From assembly GCF_036321535.1 (NCBI RefSeq), contig NC_087437.1, forward strand, positions 32,986,001-33,050,000: a stretch of 64,000 nucleotides of DNA, in the 5' to 3' direction. Of the stretch, positions 1 through 12,984 are shown one piece after another. How positions within the stretch are numbered: the first letter of the stretch is position 1; each line of letters opens with the position of its first letter. The position numbers and the translations under genes were made by a program. The notes below the pieces were generated by a model. That model ran no database searches. It saw only the letters and a program-made list of their open reading frames with translations, and was not told the DNA's origin. This stretch comes from Camelus dromedarius. Its lineage: Eukaryota.

Positions 1-69
1 TAAACATGTAGGTGGTGGGGGAGGTGACAGAACATTTTTTGAGTTTATACCAAGTGCTTTTACCAGTGC

Positions 70-240
70 TAGTACCTAATTTCAGCCCCACAACGACCCT
101 TTGAATTATGTATTTTCATTTTATAAATAAGGAAACATGACAATTTAAGTGACTCATTCAAGGTCATACAACTAGTAAGTAGTAACTAGGTGGAATTTGA
201 AAATTCATATCCTAACTTTATATTCAGAGCCCTTTTTACT
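70..240 (-). mobile_element. MIR SINE remnant
   Basis: Contains ...aaggaaacatga...aagtgactcattcaaggtcatacaactagtaagt..., resembling the antisense MIR core. Confidence 0.6.
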
Positions 241-308
241 ATGTTACAGCCAACTAGCCCACCCAGCAATTGGACCTTGATCTTGGCTTCCACAGCAACA
301 TGCTGTAC

Positions 309-495
309 CAGTGCTTCCCAAGCTTGGCATACATCAGAGTCACCTGAGGGTGGTTTTTAAATATTTAGATTCATAATACTTTATATTTTTCTGAATTTTG
401 ACGGAGTCAATCCAAGAGCCAATGTATTTTCTTAAAGTTTCTCAGGTTCTTCTGATTTTTACCCAGCATTGCAGCACAGACATTGGAAACAACAG
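309..495. mobile_element. MER5-like hAT-Charlie MITE
   Basis: Starts CAGTGCTTCCCAAGCTTGGC..ATCAGAGTCACCTG and ends ...GGAAACAACAG, with a MER5-type interior. Confidence 0.55.
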
Positions 496-2759
496 CTCTG
501 TGCAGTTGTACTAACTAGTTACAATCATGATTCACCATGTATAAGAACGGGCATATAGTCATGTTTCATATTTAATCATATTCCTTTTTAACCAGTCACT
601 GATTGTTTAAATATTCAATAGTATAATTTTGAAAGTGCCAAAATTTCCAATCAAATTTTGATTTTTTTTTAATTTCCAACAAAATTTGTGGAATGAGCAT
701 GAGCATCAGTAATTTGGAAGAAAACCCAGAGACAATAGTGGAGCACCCTCTTAAGAAAGGCTGCCTCACAAGTGCTCCTGATGGCAGAGAACATTATTGT
801 AAGCAAAAATATAGGCACCTACAACCCTAAGTTGAAAGAGTCAGAAAATTTATATTTAGAAATACCCCAGCCATTTTATTTCTCTGTCTTTGTCTTTTTA
901 TGTATGTGCAAGAGCGATATGTAATTTTAAAAAGTCTGTTTTCAGTCTAAAAGAGCTCTTTTAATAAGTGCAGCTAAAAAATTCTGTTATAGGAAAGCAT
1001 AGTGCCATAGTTGGACAGCATTTTCTTTGTTCCTGATGTGTAAGAGAATTGTGTATTGCAATCAATGACATCTGAGATTTGATGAAATACGATATTAGTA
1101 CCTAATATTTTATCATTCAAATTCTCTATTGTGACCTGCCATAGTCAGCTCAGAGAAGCAGTTCTTTGTGATGATGACTGACAAAATGATGTTTCTCAGT
1201 CAGTGCTGGAAATGTTAGACATTAAAGAGGAGGTGCTTAAATGTGAGATATTAGAATATATTAAGATATTATTAGAAACTTTAATAATGCTAGCAAAGTA
1301 TCTGTTATAGAAATAAAATTCCCTGGTAACTTTAAAAATAAAATTAATTTTCTTTTTGACAGATGAAAGAGGCCATTCCCACATTAACCTCTACTGTTAA
1401 ATGAGTAGTTTTTCTAACTTCTTTAAGCCAGGAGATGCGTCTCTTTGTTTAACACTTCTTACAGTAAAAGTTAACATCCTACCTTTATCTAATTGCTATC
1501 AAAGACATTAGCCTATTTGGCTCTAGCATGATTCAATTGTATGAGGTCATGCTGCCTAGCTGTAATAACTTAAAGTGCTTCACTTGGTGATAAGAAAATA
1601 TATTAAAATGCTCTCTGGTTCACTAGTTATTGCCTAAGGTCATGCTTTATGGTCAGTCCATTTACTAAAGTTAGTTGTAATAGCACTGACCTGAACTCAC
1701 GTTTTTAAGTCTTTTGATACAAGAAACATATTAAGTTTTAAGAAATGATGTTTGTGTTTTAATCCACTTAAAGAAAAGTTGTTTATTTTCATTTTTACCA
1801 CTTATAGAAGAGCTGGAAATATATCTTGTTACCAAAGTATACTTAAGACCTTTAACCAAAAAAATGCTGCTATGTAAGTGAGAGACTTTGATTTAATTGC
1901 ATTTTTACTATGATTTGAAATCCTTCTGTATACTTTCATAAATAACCAAATGAGAGCAGGTCCCTCCAAGTCCACCCTTTGTGTCCCTCATGAGCATGTG
2001 CTGCTTCATTAGGCTGGCTCAACCACCTGGTGTGGAATCTTTGGTCTCAGGAGACTCTCTCAACATCTGGCATTAGCTATGATCTTTGTATATGTGTGTT
2101 TAATATTTTTATTGACATTTTATAAGAAAAAAGAATGTGGGACAAATTAGGAAGATATATACGGCAATATAAAATAAAGCGATAGTGGATCTGATATGCC
2201 ACAGTATTTTACAATATATAGAAAAAACAAACCAGTAAATAGAATATCAGTATGTATGTCAGGTAAGTTTACTTTAGAACTTAGCATGATATATATGATA
2301 TAAAAGATTCAGAATTTGTTTTATATGTGATATTGTTGGTTGAGTTATTAGTCTAGGGTCAAACTTTATTCATCCTTAAAAAGAAATTATACGTTTCAAT
2401 CTGCTATTAAACTGTTATAGCTTTAGTATCATTTTTAATAGATTAAAAAATGTAGGATGGTTTCATGGTGAAACAGGAAAAGAGATTGGCATCTTACTAA
2501 CTTTCTGAAAGATAATGTAGTTGAATTTCTGAACTAGAGAATACTGAGATAATGTATAAAAGTGAGTATTTTCTTAACACAGAAAACCAAAGGACATTGT
2601 CCATCATGTCTCAAAAAACAGTAAAAGGAGTTCGTGGGTAACTATGACTGAACTAGTTACAACGAAAACAAAAGTGCTATGGCTTGTTTTTAATTGAAAA
2701 TTTATTTATTGCTTTAAAAATTTAATAAATACAACAAAAACAGAAAACAACAAATACTC

Positions 2760-3085
2760 TGTTATTATTTATATGCAAAATCTAAAACATAAAACAAACA
2801 AATGTATATAACAAAACAGAAACAGCCTCACAAATATAGAGAACAAAGTAGTGGAACCAATGGGAAGAGGGAAGGTGGGAGGAGCAAGATGGGGTAGGGG
2901 ATTAAGAGGCACTGCTATGTGTAAAATAAATAAGCAACAAGGATGTAGTGTACAGCACAGGAAAATATAGCCATTATTTTGTAATTACTTTAAATGGAAT
3001 ATAATCTATAAAAATTTTGAATCACTATATTGTACACGGGAAGCTAATACAATATTATAAATCAACTATATTTCAATTTAAAACA
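2760..3085 (+). mobile_element. L1 3' end (L1MA9/artiodactyl type)
   Basis: Contains AACAAAACAGAAACAGCCTCACAAATATAGAGAACAAA...GCAACAAGGATGTAGTGTACAGCACAGG...ATCAACTATATTTCAAT. Confidence 0.75.
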
Positions 3086-6000
3086 TTTTAAAATAATTTT
3101 TTAAAATGAAATTATTATTAATGTAATTTTAAAAATTATCCTATGTATTTAAAATGAAGCAAAACCTTGTGCATAAAAGCATTGCATAGTGCTGTGAAGT
3201 GTCACTATGTAGAGCTACAAAATGTCGTTCTTTTGTTTGTAGATTTATATAATCATTCTGTGTAATAGTATTTGCTATTTTTATTAGAAGTAGATTAAGA
3301 ATGAATTCTCAAATAAGGTATAGGTGTTATTTGTAACTATTTAATTTATATAAAGTAGACATTTGAGTCCATAATGTATATGTTTACTTACAGTATGGGA
3401 TAGTGTTGAGATCACATATAATAAATCTGTAGGTGAATGGAGAGAAATTTCTGCCTGGAGCCTAGGAGATGGAGACTGACTCTGATCTTAATCTGTTGAC
3501 CTGCTGAGTGATCTTGATTAGTGTTCATATTATACATGTACAGCTAAGATTGTGAAGATTGTGCAGCTATTAAACACATTGCTTTTATAACTTAATGGGA
3601 CAAAGATTAACAGCGGCATTGAACACTAATTCAACATAACAGATTCACAAGTGTAATTTTAGCAGTTGAAGACAAACCTCTCTAATAATTTGTGGGGGGA
3701 GTGGAGACATCATGTATTATTGTGATACTTAAGTGAGGTCAGTACATTATATAAAACTTTTGCTTTTCAGTTATTATCTTCTGTTGCCCTATTTTGAGAT
3801 CAACGAAAACTGGTGATTTTATCATGGTTTTCTCAGTAATGTGATTTATGTAATAGATTTCTCATTTCCTGTTGTCTACAAGGAGATGGGCCAGAAGAAA
3901 GAACTCTAAAAGAAATGAAATAAAGATGTAGCAGCACTTTTACTGAAAACCTCTTTGTCCATTAAAGATTTTTTTTTTAATTTGATATTTAAAACTGAGA
4001 AGTATTCTTAATGTAGGTACCTACATTAAGTAGATGTATAGGGTATAGATGAACACTACCCTATTTGTGGGGTAAGTTAAATTGGTTTTCACAGCTAGAT
4101 AGTTCAATTAATTTCAAAACTACCCAGGATTAATGGAATGCCAGGTTTTTTGTTTTGGGTTTTATTTTCTTTTTGTTTTTGTTTTGTTCTTTAGATCCTG
4201 AATGAAGAATGTTAAGCGTTTCAATATGCTTGACCTTGCTAAAATTGTATGTTTTTAACTGATTGGCAACTGAAAGGGGACTTCAACTTAAAATTTTAGG
4301 TTGATTTGGTTAACCTCTTTGCGTTTATAACAATTTAGTATTCTTGAACAAATACAGTCATCCTTCATTGTCAAATTATATGCCAAAGTAGTGAAAGTGA
4401 AGATAACTCATTGTAATTTTCATGTATGATTACAGAACATACCAACAGTGAAAACCTTTAGTACTTTTGGCACCTGGTGATATGGGTTGGAACATTCTGA
4501 GTAGAATGTTCTTATATTCTTTATCCAGGAGTTTTGCCTTCTTTGTAGAATACAAAAATAAGGATACTATTGTGATATGTTGAAGAGAATTTTTTACATC
4601 ATGGTAGCATTTGTTTATAAAGTTTTTTTGAAAAAAACTTCTAAGTTGTATTTATTTAATATAAGCCTTTCCTAGTACTGTTAAGTAATAACTTAAGACA
4701 ATTTTTAATATGATGTATTTTCAATCAAATAGTACTCTCATTCTGAAACTGGACAATTCTGAACAAATCTAGCCAAAGCTACTCTTAGGCTGTTTTCATT
4801 ACAGAATGCTCTTTAGATAGCTGCAGATGGCATAGGAAATTGATCTAAATGTGTTCTGCTCCAGGACATCCTCCAGAAGTAGGCTGGGGGCAGAAGGGCT
4901 AGGCCGTGCGTGAGGGTGTTCTCTTATTTTCCCTTCCTTTTTTTCCTGTAAATAAATTGCCAGCATATTCTGGTTAAATGACTTCTGTTCTCAGTTACTT
5001 TTCAAATTAACATATTATTTCTTCTTCTAAGTGGGATTTTTTCCCTGTCTTTACCTCTCAAATAAATAAACTCATAAAATGATAGAGCTAAGAGGAATCT
5101 TGAAGATCATATCTAGCTCAGCAATCTCATTGCTGTCTTACTTTATAACTAAGAATTTATTTTCCTCCCATCTCCTCAGTCCCCTGCCCCAACTCAACAG
5201 AAATGTGTGGTGGTGAAGAGGAAAAATCAAAACTAGGTCAAGGGGAAGAAGGTGTTTCAAAGACTATGTGGTTCAAAGAAAGAAGCTCTGAATGTCACCT
5301 TGCTTGAAAATGTGGCCATTTCTATCAGGAAAACTTGTCCTTGGGGTACAAGCCTTACTTACAGCAATAGGCCAAAAGAGGCAGTCTAGTATTTTATGTT
5401 AATTCCCTCTACTCAGTGGTTCCTGATCTGACTCCAGGGGTTTTACAACAGTGTACACCTTCATTTATCTTCCACGGAGTCAGGGAATTCTGGGAAGCAG
5501 ACTGAAGTAAAGTAAGACTTGTTAAATCCCTTTTAACAAATCTTACAAGAAGCCCTAATCATCACCTGTTGAGCTGAAGCAGTAGGTCATTGTTCACAAC
5601 TAAGCATCTGCTAAGTGAGTACCTTGCACTGGAGGTGACAGTAAACTTTCATTCTCCCAGCCCAGGAGTAGGAGCCTTTGAAGCAGTTTTAGTCAAGTGC
5701 TATGTTCATGTTTTGAGGTTTGGACTTTTGTTTTCTATTGAGGGATGAAAAGGAAAAGAAAATTCTGAGCAGAGAATATAAGAAATGTTTTTTTGTCCCA
5801 GGCCTCCCTTTTGGAGTTGCTTCAAAACCAACTTTCTTTTTTAGAGAGATGCTCCATACATGGGTCAAACTAGAGAAAATAGATTTTTAAAAAATCTATC
5901 TATAGAAGTCATTAAGAAAGATTTAAGCCTGGAACAAAAATCATACCTAATTTAGTAAAAAAATAAAGGGCTGAGGATTTGGGTCTTACTTAAAAGGTTT

Positions 6001-6783
6001 AGTAGAAAAATTCTTGAAATTACTTTATCACTTGAGCATTATAATATTCTCCCTTATCTTAAATGCAGTTAGGGAAAAATTAAAATATTTTATATCATCA
6101 GGGCTTACTTAGCAAGCAGGGAAGCACAGTGGCCTATTCAGGGCAAAGAAACCTATACTGTGCCAAGCACTATGCTTTTCTCATTTAGTTCTCTCATTCA
6201 GTTTTGTTTTGTTTTGTTTTTTTCATTTAGTTTTATGTTCACAAGACTCTGCTAAGGTATTTAACAATTTACAGGTAAGGAAACTGAGTCTTGGAAAGAT
6301 TGAATCATTTTCCTGTAGTCATAATACTAATAAGACAAGAATTAAGATTTGAACTCAGTTTATATATCCCAAACCCTTGAGTTTTTATGTTGTCTCAGTA
6401 CGTACAAAAAAAACGAATGCACTTGGCTCTAAACAGCGACAGTTGACAAAGTGGAATATTTTTGTTGTCACCAAGCCCACTGGTCATTAAATCAACAGAT
6501 TTAGTGAATAGTTATTAAGTGCATAATACCTTACTGGGAGTGAACAGACATTTCTAAGAGCTTTCCCTTCAAAAAGATTGTCTCCTTGGAATTTAATTCT
6601 GTGGATACCATTAAAGGTATATACATAACCTTAATTTATCACATTTTGTGTATTTTCTTCATATAAACCAGTATCTCCAGTGTGAATTATTTATACAACG
6701 TTTGGTTCCTGATTATGCACACACTGCCTTCAGTCACTCAGGGAGCTCAGGTAATGGAAATGTGTTTTAATGACAGCTTAAAT

Positions 6784-7001
6784 CAGGGGTCAGCACAGTA
6801 CAGCCGACCTGCCAAATCCAGCCCACCACCTGGTTTTGTAAATAAAGTAGTGTTGGAACAAAAGCCATACTCATTGTTTACATATTGTCTGTGTCTGCTT
6901 TTGTCTTGCAACAGCAGGATCTAGTATTTATGACAGAGGCATACGGCCTGCAGAGCCTAACATATTAACTGGCCCTTTACAGAAAAAGTTTGCTGGCCCT
7001 G
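6784..7001. mobile_element. MER58A-like hAT-Charlie element with intact TSD
   Basis: TIRs CAGGGGTCAGCA ... TGCTGGCCCTG, flanked by a perfect 8-bp TSD GCTTAAAT at 6776-6783 and 7002-7009. Confidence 0.85.
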
Positions 7002-7369
7002 GCTTAAATCAGCATCTTAAGAAAGTAATTCTAATACCAAAATATAGCTACAAATATAACCGAATACAATTACACACATATGTATGCTATCTATCTTTAT
7101 CTCCATACATATATGTGTTATAAAGACAAAAATTTTCTGGGATTTATATTTTTTGTGGTATGTGTGCCGCTAGTACTCCCCTTACCTAATTTCTTTGCCC
7201 TGGCTATTAAATATTAGTAGTACAGTCCTCATAAATATATCTAGAGGTACAAATGGGACAAACTTTGTTTCATGAATAGTTATTCTTATGAATAAGAACT
7301 TTGATTTTTATGTATTTGTCACATTTTTGCATACTTGAGGGATCAGGTTTCTATTTGAATAGGATAGAC

Positions 7370-7538
7370 CAGTGGTTCTCAAACTCTAGTGTGCCTCGAC
7401 ATCCACCTGAAATTTATAGCACCATCCCCAGAGTTTCTGATTCAGTAGGTCTGGGATGTGCACTGATACTTGAATTTCTAAAAAATTTCCAGGTGATGCT
7501 GATGCTTTGGTCTCAGCACCACACTTTGAAAACCACTG
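7370..7538. mobile_element. MER5A-like hAT-Charlie MITE
   Basis: TIRs CAGTGGTTCTCAAA ... TTTGAAAACCACTG, internal CCCCAGAGTTTCTGATTCAGTAGGTCTGGG, and a degenerate 8-bp TSD GGATAGAC/GAATAAAC. Confidence 0.85.
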
Positions 7539-7778
7539 GAATAAACCCTGAAGATAGTATAAAGGTAAAAGGAACCTATGAAAGCATTCAGTGAGATAGC
7601 CCGAGTCTTCAGAAAACTTACCACACTTTCTCAGAGAGTCTGTGGCATTAGGAAAACTTGTTAGGAATGAAAAAGCAGAAGACACATATATACTGTAAAA
7701 CTAGTAATGATATAGTCGATAAATGTAATATGCAATGAAAAGTTATGTTAAGAGTGAAAGAATGAAGTGGTCCTTTGC

Positions 7779-7901
7779 TATTTATTTTTATTTTGGGTAG
7801 GGAATTAGGTCTAATTATTTTTTTAAATCAACATACTGGGGACTGAACCCAGGACCTTATGCATGCTAAGCACGCACCCTACCACTGAGCTATACCCTCC
7901 C
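7779..7901 (-). mobile_element. tRNA-derived SINE (camelid Vic-1-like)
   Basis: The minus strand reads GGGAGGGTATAGCTCAGTGGTAG...GCTTAGCATGCATAAGGTCCTGGGTTCAGTCCCCAGTA, with Pol III A and B boxes and an A-rich tail. Confidence 0.8.
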
Positions 7902-8130
7902 ACTTCCTGTTTTATATTTTAATTGAAAGACTCACATTTACATACTGTCCTTTCTCCTTACTGGTTGAGTGACTTTGACCATATTATTTAATCACACTGA
8001 ACTCCAGTTCTTCATATAAAAATGAAGAAAACAATGCCTGTCTACAAGAATTTTGTTAAGCACTAGCTATATGAAAGCATTTAGTAAAGTTTATCCAGGT
8101 GTTAGCTGGAGGCCATGTAACTTCAAAATC

Positions 8131-8270
8131 TTTTTTTTTTTTTTATCTTTTTTTGTAGTGGGAGGTAATTAGCTTTATTTCTTTATTTTTTGGAGGAGGT
8201 GCCAGGAATTGAACCCAGGACCTCCTGCATGACAAGCACATGCTCTACCAGTTGAGCTACACCTTCCCTC
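8131..8270 (-). mobile_element. tRNA-derived SINE (Vic-1-like) with TSD
   Basis: A and B boxes on the minus strand and poly-T on the plus strand. TSD CTTCAAAATCTT (8121) / CTTCAAGATCTT (8271). Confidence 0.82.
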
Positions 8271-8939
8271 CTTCAAGATCTTGATTGTGGAATGAAATAG
8301 AAACTATACTTAGTAGGCCTATTAGGAAGTGATCCCGTCATTAAGGTAAAAGAAACCTTTAAAGTTTGTTAGAGGAAAAAAATTACTAACCCTGACTTCA
8401 CTGTTATTAAGTGTATTCGATTCATTTCTTAGGTATTTCATTTTAAATTCTGAGATTTGGCCTTCAAATTTCCATTAATTTGGACTGTTTAGACTTTTGA
8501 GGTTCTCATTTGTCAAAATTGTTAGCTCTTGGGTATTACTAACACAAATATTGATGTGTAGCTTTGGCCTGTTAGCTATCAATGGAAATCAGAAAATCAA
8601 TAAACTTAATAGCTGTTCATTACATAGTTGATGCATTTGCAGGACTATGTTGAGTACTGTCAGTGAGTAATCAATTCAGTCAGAATCTATTACCAGGTCA
8701 CTGCCAGAAAATTTTTGTAATATACTATTTTATTTATGACTTTATATAGCTACTGCAGCATTTTTTTATGACGTAGCCTTTTGTCTTGTGGGATTCATAT
8801 TGCTTATAATCTGTAGTCTTTCCATCCAGCTGGAAGCACCTACTACCTAGGAGGTATTGTTCTTAGATTAGCCCTCTTAATATAAACAGGACTCCAGCTC
8901 TCGGGTCAGCTTCCACCCTAGGATTAATTTCACCTGGTC

Positions 8940-9520
8940 CGTTCACTCAGCCAGCTTACACTCACTGAATCCCTCCTATGAGCTAAGTGCTGTGTGGAGA
9001 CATACATCTGGGCTCTTTTGTAGTACATTAGCTAGTGGGGGAGAAAATGTGCAAAGCAGTAATATAAGGAGAATAAAATAAATGTCACGTTGGGGGTTTG
9101 AAGAAGCAGGTAACTCTAATCAGTAGGGATTTTGGAAGGCTTCATAAGGAGTGGTATCTGAGCTAAATTTTGCAAAAGTAAAATTCACTTTGTAAGGACT
9201 AGATGATAGATATTCCTGCCTAAGGGAAGTACTTGAAGTATTGCATGTTATAGAAGCTCATAGGAATCAGGCTGATATGTCAAGGGAAGATTTCTGGAGA
9301 AAGTAAATTCCAAGCTAAGAGTTAAAGAACATATTTAAGATGAAAGGGGGAAGGGATAGTGTTTCAGGTAAAGGACACATTTGTGAAACCTAGAGATAAG
9401 AGAACATGGTTTCTCAAATAACTGAGAACTGAATGAAGCTTAGCTCAGCTGAAACCAAGTGATTTGTGTAGGGAAATGATACACTCCAGGTGTGGAGGCC
9501 TTATCATGCAGAGATTTACA
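8940..9520 (-). mobile_element. L2 LINE remnant(s)
   Basis: Purine-rich antisense L2 3' motifs such as GGAAGGCTTCATAAGGAGTGGTATCTGAGCT. Confidence 0.5.
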
Positions 9521-11159
9521 GACCCTTCCTTAATGAAAAACCCTCAAGAAATTTGTTAGGGCTACAGAGTTACCCACAGCAGATTTTTTTTTCCTAATTT
9601 TTTAACACCTTTATTATAAGCAGATTTTTTTTAGCTGATACTACAAATGTATGTTGTCCAAAAACAAACATGTTATGGTCTTAGGAGTCCTTAAAAGAGT
9701 AATTTAGATTGATGAAAGTAAATTTCCTTTTTTATGTATACAATAAAATGTGACAATTCTTGTTTTGTAGCAGAATTAGGATTTTTCTCTATTCAGGAAA
9801 TAAACGGGTGGGGGTATGGACTTCAAGAATGCTGGAGTTCCAATTTTAACTGAAATTTTTTTATAAGAATTCTTAGACTATCTCAGTTTTTAACCCAGGG
9901 TATTAAGGATTTTTGTGTTGGTTTTTTTATTTGTTTGTTTGTTAATATTAACCTTTCAGTGAGGAGTATTAAATTGGTTTAGACTTTGCATCTGAGATCC
10001 TTGGCCAACTTCAAGGCCGTGATAACAAACCTATACATGGCCCAATCATCTGACACCCTATCATAAGGTCAAAAATCTCTCCTCTCCACATCCTATTTGT
10101 TTTCCTTCTCATCTCTTTCTCATCTTTTTTCTTTTTATTTCTCCGTCTTATTTTTTCATGCCTTTTTTGTTTATCTGTGTCACATCTGCCTCCTTATCCT
10201 CTCTCTGTGTCTGTTTCTTCCCTATCCCCCATTTTTGTTCAACTCTCCACAGCGTATAACTGAAGTCTGTAGTATATTCATTATATTTAATAAATGTTGT
10301 CTTGTTTCCTTCTTTTAAAATACATATAGATGGGACATTTTACATTTCTCTCAAGATATGCTCTGTTTTTATATATGTACATATATATATGATTTGCTTA
10401 CTTATTTATTCTATTCTTTCCCATTATGCATCAATGACATGTCACTGAAAAAGATTAATCTTTTCTCTTTGGCCATACACAACAGGCCAAAAGGAAGCTG
10501 TTAGGGGTCATCTTCAATTGCTACCAGTGTCTGCAGCTTTTAGCACTGGTTTAGTTTAGAATATTTGCCTGAGGTCCCTATGATATAGAAGGTATTAAAA
10601 TACTCTGGGAAGGTTTCATGGAAGAGGTAACAGAAGTAACAGCGCCTACTTGATTTTTAACTCTGTAACCTTCTCTAGACAGAGGCATCATCTGTAAGCT
10701 AACATCCACCTCTGTGGTGTTCACTCAGCCACTGTGTTCTCACTACAGGCATTACTGCCTCATTCCTGCACACCACACTTACTCACTTTTCATAATACGT
10801 TAAGAATACTGTATTTTGCAAAATTTAAGTTAGAAAATAACTGATACCAGTAACCTGATGCCTGTGTACTATACTTAAAACAAAAGAACTATTTATATAA
10901 AATGTTTTTCATTTTTTGATGGTGTCTTTGATACCACCAAATAACTGTCAGATTCTTTAATAAGTTCTGATAGAAAAATGATTCTGATTATTCCATGACC
11001 TGAGATTCAGTGTTGAATTTTTAATATGATGCTGACAGTTTCCTAGCAGTGTGTTATAGCAGATAAAACATGGCCTTAGGGTTCTTAAGAGTCAGAGAGA
11101 TCTGAGTACAAATCCTAGCTCTACCATTTACTAACTGACTGGTTTCTCTTTTATTTTTT

Positions 11160-11695
11160 TCTTCATCACAACCTCAAGTAGACATGTCAAACTGCACATA
11201 CATCCCATTGTGTTGTTCCAGCAGGTTCACTGTCCTGAGTCAACTATGTCATATCTTCTTTCTCTTCAAACCTACCAAACCCTCTTCTCTCTGCTTGTGC
11301 TTAGCTGATGGTCTACCTCATCCTTCACTGACAAAATGAAATCCATCGGACAGGAACTTCTCTATCCTGCCACCTGCCCATCTATAAGGCAACTGGAATT
11401 TGCTCCCATCCTCTTCTTCCTCACTCTTGTATTAGGGATATCACTGCCTTTGATACTATTACCAGGCTTCTCTTGCCTTATCAAGTACTTTCCTCCCTTG
11501 ATTATCACTCTTCCTTTCAGCATCATTCGTTGTTCCCTGTCTTCTGTATCATTTAATAATAGTAATGCGTGCTCTAGGATCTCCTATCTTAAAGTAACCT
11601 TTCTTGAACCTTCAACCATCATCCTATTTCTCTGTTTCCCTTCACCACCAGATTCTTCCTGCACACATAGTTTCCAGTACTTTACCTCTCATTCA
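11160..11695 (+). mobile_element. L2 ORF2 remnant, left part
   Basis: Pyrimidine-rich L2 sequence including TTCACTGACAAAATGAAATCCATC...GGAACTTC. Confidence 0.6.
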
Positions 11696-11696
11696 C

Positions 11697-12970
11697 TTTT
11701 TAAAAAATATACCAACCTTGTTGAAATATAATTCATGTACCACACAATTCATTCATTTAAAGTACACAGTTTGGTAATTGTAATATATTTAAGCCGTCAC
11801 CCAATCCATTTTAGAACATTTATCACCTCAAAAAGAAACTCTGTATCCATTAGCAGTTACTCCTCATCCCATTCCCACCCCCAAGTCATAGGCAACCACT
11901 AATCTTCTTTCAGCCTATCTAATATGCATATTCTGGGCATTTCATATAAATGAAATCAGTTAATATATGGTGTTGTTTTGTGACTGGCTTCCTTCACTTA
12001 GCATAATGTTTTCAAGGTTCATCCACATTATAGGATGTATGAGTCCTTCACTCCTTTTTATGACTGAGTAATATTCCATCATATGAATCTACCACATTTC
12101 ATTTATCAATTCATCATTTAATGGACATTTGAAATGTTTTTCTTTTTGCTTATTATGAATAAGTCTGCAATGAACATTCATCTAGTATTTGTATGGGTAT
12201 GAGTATTTGTGTACAAGTATTTGTGTAGATTATGATTTTATTTCTTCTGGGTATGAACCTGCCAGTAGAATTGCTAGATCATTTAGTAACTTTGTTTACC
12301 CATGGTAGGATCTGCCAGACTGTTTTCCAAAGTGGCTGCACCATTTTATATTCCCACCAGTAGTGTGTGAGTGTTCCAGTCTCTCCACAGCTACACCAGA
12401 ACTTGTGATTGTCTTTTTGATTGTAGCTATCCTAGTGGGTATTAAGTGATATGTGTGATTTTCATTTTTATCACCTTAATGGCTAATTATGTTGAACATT
12501 TTTTCATGGACTTATTGGCCATTTGTATATCTTTTTTGGAAAAATATCTATTCAGATGCTTTTTAATTGGTTATTTGTCTTTTTATGGTTTAGTGTAAGA
12601 GTTCTTTACGTATTCTGAATATTTCTTAACCTGTATCAGAAATACCATTTGCAGTTACTTTCTCCTATTCTATTGGTTGTCTTTCACTCTCTTGAAGGAA
12701 TTCTTTGAAGCACAGAAGTTTTTCATTTTGATGAAGGACAATTTATCTACTTTATCTTATATCTCTTATGCTTTTTCTGTCACATCTAAAAAGATGCCTA
12801 CCCCAAAGTCTCAAAGATTTACTACTGTATTTTCTTCTAAGACTTTTATAGTTTTAGGTCTAACATTTAACTCTGTGATCCATTTGGAGTTCGCTGTATG
12901 GTGGGAGGAAAAAGTTCAACTTCATTCTTTTGCATGTGCATATCCAGTTTTCCCAGACCCATTTGTTAAT
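11697..12970 (-). mobile_element. L1MB-type LINE, 5'-truncated
   Basis: Antisense L1 3' UTR and ORF2 end, e.g. GGCAACCACTAATC, CTGGCTTCCTTCACTTAGCATAATGTTTTCAAGGTTCATCC, GTGGCTGCACCATTTTATATTCCCACCAG. Confidence 0.85.
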
Positions 12971-12984
12971 CTTGTTCACTTTTA

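Noticed and set aside
1165..1210. Box C-like ATGATGA and box D-like CTGA suggesting an intronic C/D snoRNA (similar motif near 24223)
   Set aside because: There is no properly spaced terminal D box with a closing stem, and such short motifs are expected by chance.
11336..11731. Longest ORF in the window (131 aa, hydrophobic)
   Set aside because: It lies in a pyrimidine-rich L2 remnant and runs into an L1 tail, so the Leu/Phe/Ser bias is compositional.
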